Origin: an uncultured Saprospiraceae bacterium
GTDB lineage: Bacteria; Bacteroidota; Bacteroidia; Chitinophagales; Saprospiraceae
Assembly (NCBI GenBank): GCA_938041445.1
Contig: CALISO010000013.1
Location: 1,092 to 65,091 of the forward strand
DNA: 64,000 nt
Reading direction: 5' to 3'
Under the pieces are notes generated by a model that did not search any database, was not told where the DNA came from, and saw nothing but the letters and a program-made list of their open reading frames with translations. Each line of letters opens with the position of its first letter. The stretch's first letter is position 1. Shown piece by piece: positions 1-9,536 of the stretch. A program made the translations under genes and the position numbers.

Positions 1-213
1 AACAGCAGGAAATCCAATACCAACGATATCATTTTTGTACTTGAGTATGTCGAGTAATTCTCCAACTACTTCTACTACGCTTGAAGGTGATGCTGGGGCT
101 GGTGTAGGGATTTTAACCCGATCGGATAACAGCTTCCCTGAATTAACATCAATTATTCCACCTTTAATACCAGTACCTCCAATGTCAACTCCTAATATTC
201 CATTTTCCATCAT
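1..213 (-). CDS. ROK-family sugar kinase (glucokinase / polyphosphate-glucokinase-like), N-terminal 71 codons; gene runs off the left edge
   Basis: Absent from the ORF track because it is open at the edge. Hand translation from ATG at 213: MMENGILGVDIGGTGIKGGIIDVNSGKLLSDRVKIPTPAPASPSSVVEVVGELLDILKYKNDIVGIGFPAV. It carries the DIGGTG phosphate-1 motif of ROK/ASKHA kinases. ATGA start/stop overlap with the upstream PPIase gene (210-213). The + ORF 35..241 is its antisense shadow. Confidence 0.75.
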   Translation of the reverse strand, partial: MMENGILGVDIGGTGIKGGIIDVNSGKLLSDRVKIPTPAPASPSSVVEVVGELLDILKYKNDIVGIGFPAV

Positions 214-1094
214 TGGATTGGTGTTACTTTCAAAATCTTAATATCATCTCTTGGTCTGTCTCTCTGATCTGTAGGCATATTAGCTATCTCATCGACAACA
301 TCTAACCCTGATACAATCTTACCAAAGACTGTGTACTGAGTATCAAGAAACGGAGTACCTCCAACAGCTTCATATTCAGCAATAATTTCTTCACTATACT
401 TGGCACCTGTTCTAGATGACATCATCTCTAAAGTCCCTCTATCTACATCCTTACCTTGAACTATATAAAACTGAGAACCTGATGATTTTTTTTCTGGATT
501 GACCCCGTCTCCTTGTCTTGCCGCTGCTAGGTATCCCTTGACATGGTATAAGCCGTCTACAAACTCAGCAGGAATTGTGTAGCCAGGTCCCCCTGTACCC
601 ATTGCATTACTTGAGGAGTCCTTAGATAAAGGGTCTCCTCCTTGAATCATAAAACCTTTAATTACTCTATGAAATAGTGTCCCCGTGTAAAACCCTTCAT
701 TAGCAAGTTTGAGGAAGTTGTCTCTATGTAGAGGTGTCTCGTCAAATAACTGAATTGTCATATTGCCTTCAGATGTCTCAATCTGAACTAAGCAAACTTC
801 TGGTGCTTTCAAAATAATTTCTTGTTTTAATATATTAGACTTTTTCCCATTTTTTGCTTCAAGCATAATCTCATGCCTTCCAGAATTGTAGAAAACCATT
901 TGCGGCTCGAAATCTGTAGATTGTTGCTTTCCATCAACATACCAAGTGTATTCCTCAGCATCAGAGGACTCATTAATTACTTCAATGGAAGAAGGAATTA
1001 CTTCATCACTTAAGTCATAGGTGAACTTCGCTATCGGTCTTGAGCATGCGGACAGTAAAATAACAATTAGGAGGGTGCCTAGTAAATGCTTCAT
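210..1094 (-). CDS. Lipoprotein peptidyl-prolyl cis-trans isomerase (cyclophilin type) with N-terminal PKD-like domain
   Basis: 294 aa. Signal peptide plus lipobox (LLSAC). PKD-like block (KFTYDL..YTWYVDG..YNSGRHEIMLEAKN). Cyclophilin signatures FHRVIKGFMIQGGDP and GSQFYIV. Confidence 0.9.
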   Translation of the reverse strand: MKHLLGTLLIVILLSACSRPIAKFTYDLSDEVIPSSIEVINESSDAEEYTWYVDGKQQSTDFEPQMVFYNSGRHEIMLEAKNGKKSNILKQEIILKAPEVCLVQIETSEGNMTIQLFDETPLHRDNFLKLANEGFYTGTLFHRVIKGFMIQGGDPLSKDSSSNAMGTGGPGYTIPAEFVDGLYHVKGYLAAARQGDGVNPEKKSSGSQFYIVQGKDVDRGTLEMMSSRTGAKYSEEIIAEYEAVGGTPFLDTQYTVFGKIVSGLDVVDEIANMPTDQRDRPRDDIKILKVTPIQ

Positions 1095-1098
1095 TGAT

Positions 1099-1749
1099 CT
1101 AGTTTATAGTTGAGACTTTCATTTTCAAATCTTCAATTGGTCGCTCTCCATTGACCTTAACTGCGGCCAACTTATCAATCACCTCCATACCTTCTATGAT
1201 TTCTCCAAAGACTGTGTATTCCATATCTAGCATAGGAGTCCCTCCTATTTCTTTATATTTTGCTCTTTGAGCATCACTATATTCAATTTTTTTAGATCGT
1301 TCATTTGCATTTAGCTCAGCATCAGAAACTGGTTTGCCTTGAACGATATAAAATTGAGAGCCAGAAGATTGCTTTGTTGGATTACTTGCTCCACCTGTCC
1401 TAGCTGCTGCTAAGGTACCTTTGAAATGGGGTGATCCAATCTCAGCGTCAACCTTGTATCCTGGTCCGCCTCCACCTAATCTAGTGGAAGGTGAAGCATC
1501 TCTAGAATTCGGGTCTCCACCTTGCACCATAAAGCCATTAACTATTCTATGAAACAATAGATCGTTGTAGAATCCTTCATTGGCTAATTTGACAAAATTG
1601 TCCCTGTGAAGAGGTGTGGAATCATAGAGCTCAAAGACCATATCTCCGTATTGAGTCTCAACTTTGACTTTTTTCTTCTCAGGTGTACAGTTCGCTAATA
1701 ATAGGGCGAAGGTTATAAACAAACATAAATGTATCGAGTGCCTAATCAT
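1099..1749 (-). CDS. Peptidyl-prolyl cis-trans isomerase, cyclophilin type (lipoprotein)
   Basis: 216 aa. Lipobox LLANC. FHRIVNGFMVQGGDP and GSQFYIV. Tandem paralogue of the gene at 210..1094. Confidence 0.9.
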   Translation of the reverse strand: MIRHSIHLCLFITFALLLANCTPEKKKVKVETQYGDMVFELYDSTPLHRDNFVKLANEGFYNDLLFHRIVNGFMVQGGDPNSRDASPSTRLGGGGPGYKVDAEIGSPHFKGTLAAARTGGASNPTKQSSGSQFYIVQGKPVSDAELNANERSKKIEYSDAQRAKYKEIGGTPMLDMEYTVFGEIIEGMEVIDKLAAVKVNGERPIEDLKMKVSTIN

Positions 1750-2087
1750 ATATCGAGGTATTTTATAATGCTTTCTTGTAGTATCTTTTCTTGAGGCTCT
1801 TTCCCTTTAACAGAAAATGGCTTCACTTGTTGATAGTGCGGCCAGCCATCTTGATCCCTACCCTCAAACTCATAGTATCCAGATGGCTCTAATAATGCAC
1901 ATACTGCTATGTGCATAAGATCCTGTTTTTCTTCTTTTGTAAATTGAGTTTGTTTGAATCCTAGTTCTTGAACTCCAATCAAGAGTAATATCGCTCTTAG
2001 GTCTGGCAGCTCATCCCCTCCAAAGCTATCCTTGACATAATGCCTTACTTGCAGCCACTTAAACTCTAATTCCCAATCTTCCATCAC
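1746..2087 (-). CDS. Hypothetical cytoplasmic protein (113 aa)
   Basis: Clean ORF with an ATGA overlap onto the downstream PPIase start (1746-1749). No motif I can name. Confidence 0.55.
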   Translation of the reverse strand: MMEDWELEFKWLQVRHYVKDSFGGDELPDLRAILLLIGVQELGFKQTQFTKEEKQDLMHIAVCALLEPSGYYEFEGRDQDGWPHYQQVKPFSVKGKEPQEKILQESIIKYLDI

Positions 2088-2114
2088 ATTTAAATTGCAA
2101 ATATATATAATATA

Positions 2115-2705
2115 TCAGGAGTTGAACAATGAGGTCTCAATCCAATCACAAATCATATGTCCAATCATAATATGACTTTCTTGAATAATCGGGGTTTCAT
2201 CGGATGGCACCTTGATCGTAAGGTTTGCTAATTTAGATGCTTTAGAGTCTGCTATGCCAGTAAATGCGATTGACTTGACTTCTTGGGATTTAGCCATATG
2301 GATGGCTCTGATAATATTCTCTGAATTTCCACTTGTGCTAATTGCTATGAGGATGTCACCTTTGTTGGCTTTCGCTTGTAATAATCGGGCATAGACATCA
2401 TCAAATCCATAATCATTGGCTATAGCAGTCAAGGCAGAGGTATTTACATGTAGTGCTTCCGCGTTGAGTCCGTGTCTCTCCAACTTATATCTACCCGACA
2501 ATTCTGCAGCTATATGTTGTGCATCAGCTGCGCTACCTCCATTACCACAAAGGTGTAGGGCTGCTCCACTCTGCATACCTTCAGCAATTAAAGTAGCAAC
2601 TTTTTCTATTTGATTCTTGATAGCATCATCATCCAGTAATAACCGCTTGGTTTGAATACTTTTGGTAATATGATCAGAATAAAACGAACTGAAATCTTTC
2701 ATCAT
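2115..2705 (-). CDS. gmhA: SIS-domain phosphoheptose isomerase family protein (GmhA/DiaA-like)
   Basis: 196 aa with GNGGSAADAQHIAAEL and ISTSGNSENI SIS motifs. GmhA and DiaA cannot be distinguished by eye. Confidence 0.7.
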   Translation of the reverse strand: MMKDFSSFYSDHITKSIQTKRLLLDDDAIKNQIEKVATLIAEGMQSGAALHLCGNGGSAADAQHIAAELSGRYKLERHGLNAEALHVNTSALTAIANDYGFDDVYARLLQAKANKGDILIAISTSGNSENIIRAIHMAKSQEVKSIAFTGIADSKASKLANLTIKVPSDETPIIQESHIMIGHMICDWIETSLFNS

Positions 2706-3841
2706 ACATTCAAATTTACGACTTTACAAATATGATCATATAATCCTGACCAAGAGATATCATTCTTTAGACCACGGATATTATGAGTCAATGTTTCACC
2801 AAGATTTTCTTCATAAAACTTACTAATACCATGTGCAATGCTATCTCCATTGTTATTGACAACAATCCCGGTCTTTCCATGATTTGCCATCTGAGCTAGT
2901 GATCCAACATTTGTAACCAAAATTGGCTTATCAAAATGTGTAGCTATCTGTCCTACCCCACTCTGGGTAGCTGAGATATATGGAAGCATTACTAAGTCTG
3001 AAATCGAAAAATAGGCAGCTACTAATCTATCAGGTACAAATTGATCTCTTACAATCACTCGATGTTCAAGTTTGTCGTTGGCAATAATCCTATGATAGAT
3101 ATCGACTGATTCGTAAAATTCTCCTGCGACAATTAAGTCTAAATTAGGATATTGCAATGCTATTTGTGCAAATGCTGTCAGTAACTGAGAAAGTCCTTTA
3201 TATGATCTAACTAATCCAAAGAACAATAAATAATCTCTATCAGAATGAAGGTCAAGTAATTGGGCTGCTTCCGACTTATTAATGCTTTCACCATAGTGGT
3301 CATAGTAGGGATGGGGATATTGTGATGCTTGAGCCTTAGGGTATTTGTTCTCTAATTCTGCATATACAGATTCTGAGATTGCCAAGTAATGTGCATCTAG
3401 CTTCATCAATCTATTGACAAGGTTAGTATCAAAAAATCCAGATTCATGCGGAAATAGATTATGAACAAGGATAAGCTTCTTACACGTCACCCTCTTAAGT
3501 ATCGCTGATAATGAATAACTTATGAATGGATTCCAATGCGGTGCAATTACTAAGTCCGCAGAAAGCTCTTTTATCAGCTTAGCTGTCTTTCTCCATGTAC
3601 TTGATCTTACACTATGGACACTACGAGAAACATCTAATTCATAGTTTGGATTGTCTTCAGAGTATTGATTCTTGCCGGGAAACAATACTTGAGGGTACTG
3701 GAATGTAAAGGTGAGAATTTTAACATTCCAACCTTGATTCTGAAACTCGAATGCTAGTCTTTCAGTGAAGCTAGCAATACCTCCTCTATATGGGTATGCG
3801 GGTCCTAAAAAGACAGCGGTCTTTGTCGTTGAGATAGACAC
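2702..3841 (-). CDS. Glycosyltransferase family 4 (GT-B)
   Basis: 379 aa. N-terminal AYPYRGGIASF and a C-terminal GT1/GT4 block (LVMLPYISATQSGVGQIATHFDKPILVTNVGS). Called start is GTG, so the start is uncertain. ATGA overlap with the downstream SIS gene. Confidence 0.8.
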   Translation of the reverse strand: MSISTTKTAVFLGPAYPYRGGIASFTERLAFEFQNQGWNVKILTFTFQYPQVLFPGKNQYSEDNPNYELDVSRSVHSVRSSTWRKTAKLIKELSADLVIAPHWNPFISYSLSAILKRVTCKKLILVHNLFPHESGFFDTNLVNRLMKLDAHYLAISESVYAELENKYPKAQASQYPHPYYDHYGESINKSEAAQLLDLHSDRDYLLFFGLVRSYKGLSQLLTAFAQIALQYPNLDLIVAGEFYESVDIYHRIIANDKLEHRVIVRDQFVPDRLVAAYFSISDLVMLPYISATQSGVGQIATHFDKPILVTNVGSLAQMANHGKTGIVVNNNGDSIAHGISKFYEENLGETLTHNIRGLKNDISWSGLYDHICKVVNLNV

Positions 3842-3845
3842 AGGA

Positions 3846-4796
3846 TTAGCTTATTGTATCTTCAATCTTATAATTATTCCTTTCCTGAGAATTGCGAATA
3901 ATTAATTCTGCAAGAAAACCAGCAATGAATAACTGGATACCTACAATGAATAATAGGATACCTAAAAAGAATAGCGGTCGATCATCAATATTAGTGGTCT
4001 TACTTATCAACTTAGCCAAAGCTAGATACACTAATATTCCGAAACCAGCAAAGGTTGTCAAAGACCCAATCGCTCCAAAAAAATGCATCGGTCTCTTGCC
4101 AAACTTCCCTATAAAGGCAATAGAAAACAAGTCCAGAAATCCATTAATAAACCTAGCGTAACCAAACTTGGTAACTCCGAACTGGCGTGCTTGGTGTGTC
4201 ACAACTTTTTCGCCAATATTTGTAAATCCTGCATTCTTAGCGATGACTGGAATATATCTATGCATCTCTCCATAGACCTCTACGTTTTTCACTACTTTTT
4301 TCTTGTATGCTTTGAGTCCACAATTAAAGTCATGAAGAGAAAGTCCTGAAATCCTCCTGGCAGCCCAATTAAATATTTTAGAAGGAAGATTCTTAGAAAA
4401 CTTTGGATCGTATCTCTTTTGCTTCCATCCAGAGACTAAATCAAACCCATCTTTTTGAATCATTTCCATAAGTTCAGGAATTTCATCTGGGCTATCTTGA
4501 AGGTCAGCATCCATTGTAATAACGACATCACCTTTAGCGGCTTGAAATCCAACATTGAGAGCGGCGGACTTACCGTAATTACGCATAAATTTGATGCCTT
4601 TGACCCAATCAAATTGCTGTGATAGTTCGGTAATTATAGTCCAGGAAGTGTCAGTACTACCGTCATCGATAAACAAGAGTTCGGTAGAAATCTGATGAGC
4701 AGAGATAACTTTCTGAATCCACTCTGTTAATGGTTTCAACGATTCCTCTTCGTCTAATAAAGGAACGACTATAGATAATTGGGGATTGTCTATCAA
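3846..4796 (-). CDS. Glycosyltransferase family 2, polyprenyl-phosphate glycosyltransferase-like (GtrB/ArnC/DPM1-like)
   Basis: 316 aa. GT-A motifs SIVVPLLDEEESL, IDDGSTD and DADLQD, plus two C-terminal TM helices. TTG start overlapping the upstream stop (TTGA). Confidence 0.85.
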   Translation of the reverse strand: MIDNPQLSIVVPLLDEEESLKPLTEWIQKVISAHQISTELLFIDDGSTDTSWTIITELSQQFDWVKGIKFMRNYGKSAALNVGFQAAKGDVVITMDADLQDSPDEIPELMEMIQKDGFDLVSGWKQKRYDPKFSKNLPSKIFNWAARRISGLSLHDFNCGLKAYKKKVVKNVEVYGEMHRYIPVIAKNAGFTNIGEKVVTHQARQFGVTKFGYARFINGFLDLFSIAFIGKFGKRPMHFFGAIGSLTTFAGFGILVYLALAKLISKTTNIDDRPLFFLGILLFIVGIQLFIAGFLAELIIRNSQERNNYKIEDTIS

Positions 4797-5308
4797 ACTC
4801 TATCGATTAATGGTCTTTCATTCTTCATAATTAAAGAAATGACGGCATTGACAATACAACCAGTTAAGACTAGATACATACAATACAAAACCAACATAAA
4901 ACCAAGATTGTCATAAGACATCCAATCCATAATGTTATAAAACAAATCCATTTGTTCGTCGGGCATTGAAGCTGATTGTTTTTCTAATTGCAGTTCTTTT
5001 CTTTCTGCAAACAACTCGGACAACTTTGATGAGATGAACTTGAATGAAATATAATCACCAATCAGTCTGATGAGGTAGCCTATGGCTACTGTGATAAAAA
5101 TTCCTTTGAACAACTTACCAAATGATGCAAATCCTTGATCTTCACTCTTTACATCAGTCGCAGTTTTTACCATCATTAAGATACCGATCAATAAAAATGG
5201 AAAATAGGCATGATCTAAATATCCTGATGGACTAACAGAAACAAATAGAATCGTTCCTATAAAGAACGCAGCACCAAGAAACAATCCGTTTTTAACTGGT
5301 ATGGACAT
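4793..5308 (-). CDS. Small multi-pass membrane protein (DUF4199-like)
   Basis: 171 aa with about 4 hydrophobic helices. Its position between a DHOase-like gene and a GT2 gene is an arrangement I recall as common in Bacteroidota. The family call is from memory only. Confidence 0.5.
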   Translation of the reverse strand: MSIPVKNGLFLGAAFFIGTILFVSVSPSGYLDHAYFPFLLIGILMMVKTATDVKSEDQGFASFGKLFKGIFITVAIGYLIRLIGDYISFKFISSKLSELFAERKELQLEKQSASMPDEQMDLFYNIMDWMSYDNLGFMLVLYCMYLVLTGCIVNAVISLIMKNERPLIDRV

Positions 5309-5323
5309 AAGCTGGAGTTTTAG

Positions 5324-6583
5324 TTAGTTGTTATCAATGTAACTTCCATTAGCAAAAATACCTAAAATTCTGCCTTGTAGAGGTTTCTCCCAAAAAGGTG
5401 AATTTTGGGACTTAGATTTATTGGTATCATGATTGAGAGTGAACTCTTGCTTTGGGTCAAATAACGTGATGTTAGCTAATTCTCCTTCAGCGAACTCTGG
5501 TAATGGGATGTTAAATAATCTTCTTGCATTAATGGCGATACATTTGACGAAAGTGGCTAGATCAATCTCTCTAGCGTATGTATTGATAGCTGGATAAAAA
5601 GTCTGTAAACCTAATGCTCCAAACTTTGCCTGATCAAACTCAACTAGCTTAGACTCTTGATCAAGCGGACAATGATCTGAGATAATTAAGTCAACCTTAC
5701 CGCTATTAATAAGCTTGACTAGCTTGATCAAAGTCGGTTGAGATCGGAGCGGAGGATCAACCTTAAAATTGGAATCGAAGTCTGCTAGTACCTCGTCGTT
5801 CAATACAAGATTAAGATAGTTGACTGAGCTGTATACTTTATTGATATTACTAGCTTTGGCTACGGACTTGATAGCCTCTGGTGACGAGAGCTTGTGAAAT
5901 AACAATTTGCTAGAAGCATACTTATTGACCTCTAAATCTCGTGCTGTCGCTATATCTTCCACTAGAGAAGGTTGACCAATGAGTCCAAGCGTCACATTGA
6001 CCTTGCCTTCATTCATTTGCCAGTTATCAGCAAGGCTATTCACCTTGGCCTGGTTAACTATTAATGAATCTACACCTTTAGCATATTGAAGAGTACGGTA
6101 TAACTTGCCTTCATCAATTATCGAATTTTCGCCATCTGAAAATCCTACTGCGCCAGCATCTTTCATATCGTGCATTTCCACAAGGGTGGAGCTATTGCTA
6201 CCGATAGAAGCAGCACCTAATGGATGTAATGTGACAGTATGCCCTTCTGCAAGTGCAATTATCGATCTAATCGCGGATCCATCGTGAATAGCTGGTTCAG
6301 TATTAGGCAAGGTTACTATTTCTGTGAAACCTCCCGCAGCAGCAGTATTAAGCAATGAAGTGACAGTATCTCTTTCTTCATGTCCTGGTGCTGTGAGGTG
6401 TGTACCGACGTCTACCCAACCTGGAGAGATATATCCTTTTGAAATGATCTCTGACGACTTAGGTGGTTTAAGATTTTTGCCAATCTTATCGAACTTTCCA
6501 TTCTTAATAATAAAATCTAGCGTATTACCATCCAGCCGATGGCCTGGAAACACTACTTTGAATTTCTCTAGATATACAGTCAT
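5324..6583 (-). CDS. Dihydroorotase-like amidohydrolase with a degenerate metal-binding HxH motif
   Basis: 419 aa, aligns by eye to class I DHOases (GWVDVGTHLTAPG...GGFTEIVTLPNTEPA...SDHCPLD). The first His of the HxH motif is replaced (DVGTH, nt 6412-6398). Confidence 0.8.
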   Translation of the reverse strand: MTVYLEKFKVVFPGHRLDGNTLDFIIKNGKFDKIGKNLKPPKSSEIISKGYISPGWVDVGTHLTAPGHEERDTVTSLLNTAAAGGFTEIVTLPNTEPAIHDGSAIRSIIALAEGHTVTLHPLGAASIGSNSSTLVEMHDMKDAGAVGFSDGENSIIDEGKLYRTLQYAKGVDSLIVNQAKVNSLADNWQMNEGKVNVTLGLIGQPSLVEDIATARDLEVNKYASSKLLFHKLSSPEAIKSVAKASNINKVYSSVNYLNLVLNDEVLADFDSNFKVDPPLRSQPTLIKLVKLINSGKVDLIISDHCPLDQESKLVEFDQAKFGALGLQTFYPAINTYAREIDLATFVKCIAINARRLFNIPLPEFAEGELANITLFDPKQEFTLNHDTNKSKSQNSPFWEKPLQGRILGIFANGSYIDNN

Positions 6584-6629
6584 CTGATATTTGCGAAAGC
6601 AAGGTGATCAAGTAGAACTTATCCTATGG

Positions 6630-8648
6630 CTATTTCCAAAATCTCAAAATCAATGTCTCAATCGCCAAGAATATCAAAGCAAATATAAGACACCAACGCC
6701 ATAGAAATACACCTTCTTCTTGTTCTTTGAGTTGACTGAGGAATTCTGTGGCTTTTTCACCATCGTAAATATTAAAGGCATCTCCATATGTCTTAGACAA
6801 ATCACTGAATGAAAAGACAGTAGGATTGGACTCTACTCTGTCATAATTGAAGGCAATAGATCTGACGAACTGCTTCCCATTGCTTACATTATAAATACCT
6901 GCATCAGAGATTTCGTCTCTTACTGTCAACTCAGTCACTGAACCTAGATTAGCTTGCTGAGGAATATATTCTGCTGATTCGTTAGCAATATTAAACACGG
7001 CAGTCTCTGCCGATCCGCCATTTGGTACATTAATCTGATTAGCCGAGCCTAATGTGTATGCTAGTGGCTGATCAACACCTCTTGAAAATGTCATCTTATA
7101 AATCATCGGAACAAAGACTTCAGCATATTCGACCAACTCTGAGTGTCGTCTATCTAGTGGTGCATGACATACATAGAGATGACCATCACCTCTCAAATAC
7201 TTAGAAACAAATGCTCCGCCACTTCGATAACTTAAGAGAGTCTCACCTTGCTTGCTAGCGTCATTCATAAACTTGAACTGTCCACTAACAGTTGGCAGAT
7301 CGGTATTGTCTTTTTTCTTTAAGTAGACTTTATTGAATACATATTCGTCCGTATTGATGTCAAAGACTGTCCTGTCAACCTTCTCCCATTGCATCATCCT
7401 TGGTGCTTTGAGTTCATCAAAAAGTTTGTTATAAGCATTAAGATTGGCATCTGAAGCGGGAAATGTTACAACATTACCACCAGCATTGATATACTGCTCT
7501 ATTTGAGATATCAGACCTGTAGAGATGGTCTTTAGGTCTTCTAACACTATTAATCTATACTGAGAAAATGTACTGTAATCTAGTGCATTACTATTAACTT
7601 GATCAAGCTCTATGGACGAGATACCACCAAATAATGCTTTGATAAATTTGTTGCTTCCACTATCGTTGATGGAAAGCACTTTGACAGCATCTGATATCTC
7701 TGTAGTGATGAAGTATGTATCATCGAACTGTATCGGGTAATCGTCAATTTGTAATGTTATTTCTTGCTTGCCTTCATCTACAAAAGTGATATTTACTGTA
7801 TCTATTACAGATGACTCCGCATCAATTGAAATAGATCCTGCTGGTTTTTTTTGGCCATTCTGAAAAACCGATAGTATAATATCATCTTGCTTCTCTTGAC
7901 TATAATTAGTCAACTTTACAATAAGTGCATTAGGTTGCCCTATCAAAGCTGCTGGTGTAGTGAAGTAGGCTGAATCTATCGCTATATTCTGCTGAGTAAC
8001 TGATGATAATGGCACTAAACTGAGGGAGTAGGTTGTATCGATCTCAGGAGTCAAATCTGAAATAGTCTCTTGAAAATCCGATAGCATAAAATAAGACTTG
8101 CTCCCTTCTTGATCTTTGAATGTTTGCTTTTGCTTCTGCAAAATATTATTTAGGGATTTAACCTTTGGGGTAACAACAATGTCATCAATAGCCGATAAAG
8201 CATCTTCTTGACTAAGAATCTTGGATGACAATCCGCTATAGTCGTGAGTCAATATCTGGTATCGGTCAGTCTCTTGGTATGAAGAGACGATCTCTTCTGC
8301 TCGTCTCTTGGCTTTATCTATAAGTGGAACATCACTACTCAACGTAGTCATGCTAAATGAGTTGTCTACAAATACGGAAACAAGTCTTTGACTTGTACTC
8401 TTATCCTTATCCCCGAAAAATGGTTGTGCAAATCCAAGTACTAACAATCCCACTGCGAGGAGTCTGGCAAGTAGAACTAACAGGTTTCTCAGCTTTCGCC
8501 TAGCTGATCTTTCATCTTTGACTTCTTGAAGGAATTTGACATTAGTAAAGTATACTCGCTTGTACCTCCTGAAATGAAATAGGTGGATAATAATCGGTAT
8601 AGCAAGTGCTAGTAGACCCCACAAAACACCTGGAAATAAAAATTGCAT
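6630..8648 (-). CDS. BatA-domain (N-terminal double-transmembrane) protein
   Basis: 672 aa. N-terminus MQFLFPGVLWGLLALAIPIIIHLFHFRR is typical of the aerotolerance BatA N-terminal domain. C-terminal TM helix present. Confidence 0.7.
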   Translation of the reverse strand: MQFLFPGVLWGLLALAIPIIIHLFHFRRYKRVYFTNVKFLQEVKDERSARRKLRNLLVLLARLLAVGLLVLGFAQPFFGDKDKSTSQRLVSVFVDNSFSMTTLSSDVPLIDKAKRRAEEIVSSYQETDRYQILTHDYSGLSSKILSQEDALSAIDDIVVTPKVKSLNNILQKQKQTFKDQEGSKSYFMLSDFQETISDLTPEIDTTYSLSLVPLSSVTQQNIAIDSAYFTTPAALIGQPNALIVKLTNYSQEKQDDIILSVFQNGQKKPAGSISIDAESSVIDTVNITFVDEGKQEITLQIDDYPIQFDDTYFITTEISDAVKVLSINDSGSNKFIKALFGGISSIELDQVNSNALDYSTFSQYRLIVLEDLKTISTGLISQIEQYINAGGNVVTFPASDANLNAYNKLFDELKAPRMMQWEKVDRTVFDINTDEYVFNKVYLKKKDNTDLPTVSGQFKFMNDASKQGETLLSYRSGGAFVSKYLRGDGHLYVCHAPLDRRHSELVEYAEVFVPMIYKMTFSRGVDQPLAYTLGSANQINVPNGGSAETAVFNIANESAEYIPQQANLGSVTELTVRDEISDAGIYNVSNGKQFVRSIAFNYDRVESNPTVFSFSDLSKTYGDAFNIYDGEKATEFLSQLKEQEEGVFLWRWCLIFALIFLAIETLILRFWK

Positions 8649-8765
8649 AGGGTAAAAGTAATGAATGACTCTAATCTGAGTAAGAAAATACTCAAAATCA
8701 CATGTACAACGGGTGAAACTCGCTTTGCGATATACTCACGCTGCGGTCTTAACTATCCTATTGAA

Positions 8766-9512
8766 TTATTTTTGACCTCCGAAGACTGAAGCAATGTAGC
8801 TTCGGTTCAACATCGCAATATTCTCAATTGATATGCCTTTAGGACATTCAGCTTCGCATGCTCCGATATTACTACACATTCCGAATCCTTCCTTATCCAT
8901 TGTCGCTACCATACTCTGAACACGTCTTGTATGCTCAACCTTACCCTGAGGTAGTAATCCTAAATGAGCAACTTTAGCAGAAGTAAACAACATAGCTGAT
9001 CCATTAGGACATGCAGCCACACATGCTCCACAACCGATGCAGGTCGCTGCATCAAATGCTTGCATCGCCATATCCTTCTCAATAGGGATCGAATTACCAT
9101 CTGGTGCTTGCCCAGTATTAACTGAAATATAACCTCCAGCTTGAATGATATCATCGAATGATGACCTGTCTACTACTAAATCCTTTATTACAGGAAATGC
9201 TGCAGCTCTTGCTGGCTCTATGACTATATCGTCTCCATCCTTGAAGTGTCTCATATGTAACTGACAAGTCGTTGTACCAGATTGCGGACCATGAGGCTGA
9301 CCATTGATTACCATATTACAAGATCCACAGATACCTTCACGGCAATCATGCTCAAATGCTACAGGTTCTTTCTTATCATTGATTAACTGCTCATTGAGTA
9401 CATCCATCATCTCTAAGAAAGACATATCTCCGGTTGCCTCTACTGAATGTGCTTCGTAGTGACCTTTATCATTGCTATTTTTCTGTCTCCAGATCTTAAG
9501 GTTAAGCTTCAT
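8766..9512 (-). CDS. sdhB: Succinate dehydrogenase / fumarate reductase iron-sulfur subunit
   Basis: 248 aa. Cluster motifs [21 protein letters not shown] and [12 protein letters not shown]. Confidence 0.95.
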   Translation of the reverse strand: MKLNLKIWRQKNSNDKGHYEAHSVEATGDMSFLEMMDVLNEQLINDKKEPVAFEHDCREGICGSCNMVINGQPHGPQSGTTTCQLHMRHFKDGDDIVIEPARAAAFPVIKDLVVDRSSFDDIIQAGGYISVNTGQAPDGNSIPIEKDMAMQAFDAATCIGCGACVAACPNGSAMLFTSAKVAHLGLLPQGKVEHTRRVQSMVATMDKEGFGMCSNIGACEAECPKGISIENIAMLNRSYIASVFGGQK

Positions 9513-9536
9513 AGTGCAAAATGATTTAGTATGTAG

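Noticed and set aside
35-241. 68-aa + strand ORF at the left edge
   Set aside because: It is the antisense shadow of the ROK kinase N-terminus (1..213, -), which has a clear DIGGTG motif. The + ORF is low-complexity S/T/P/G with no features.
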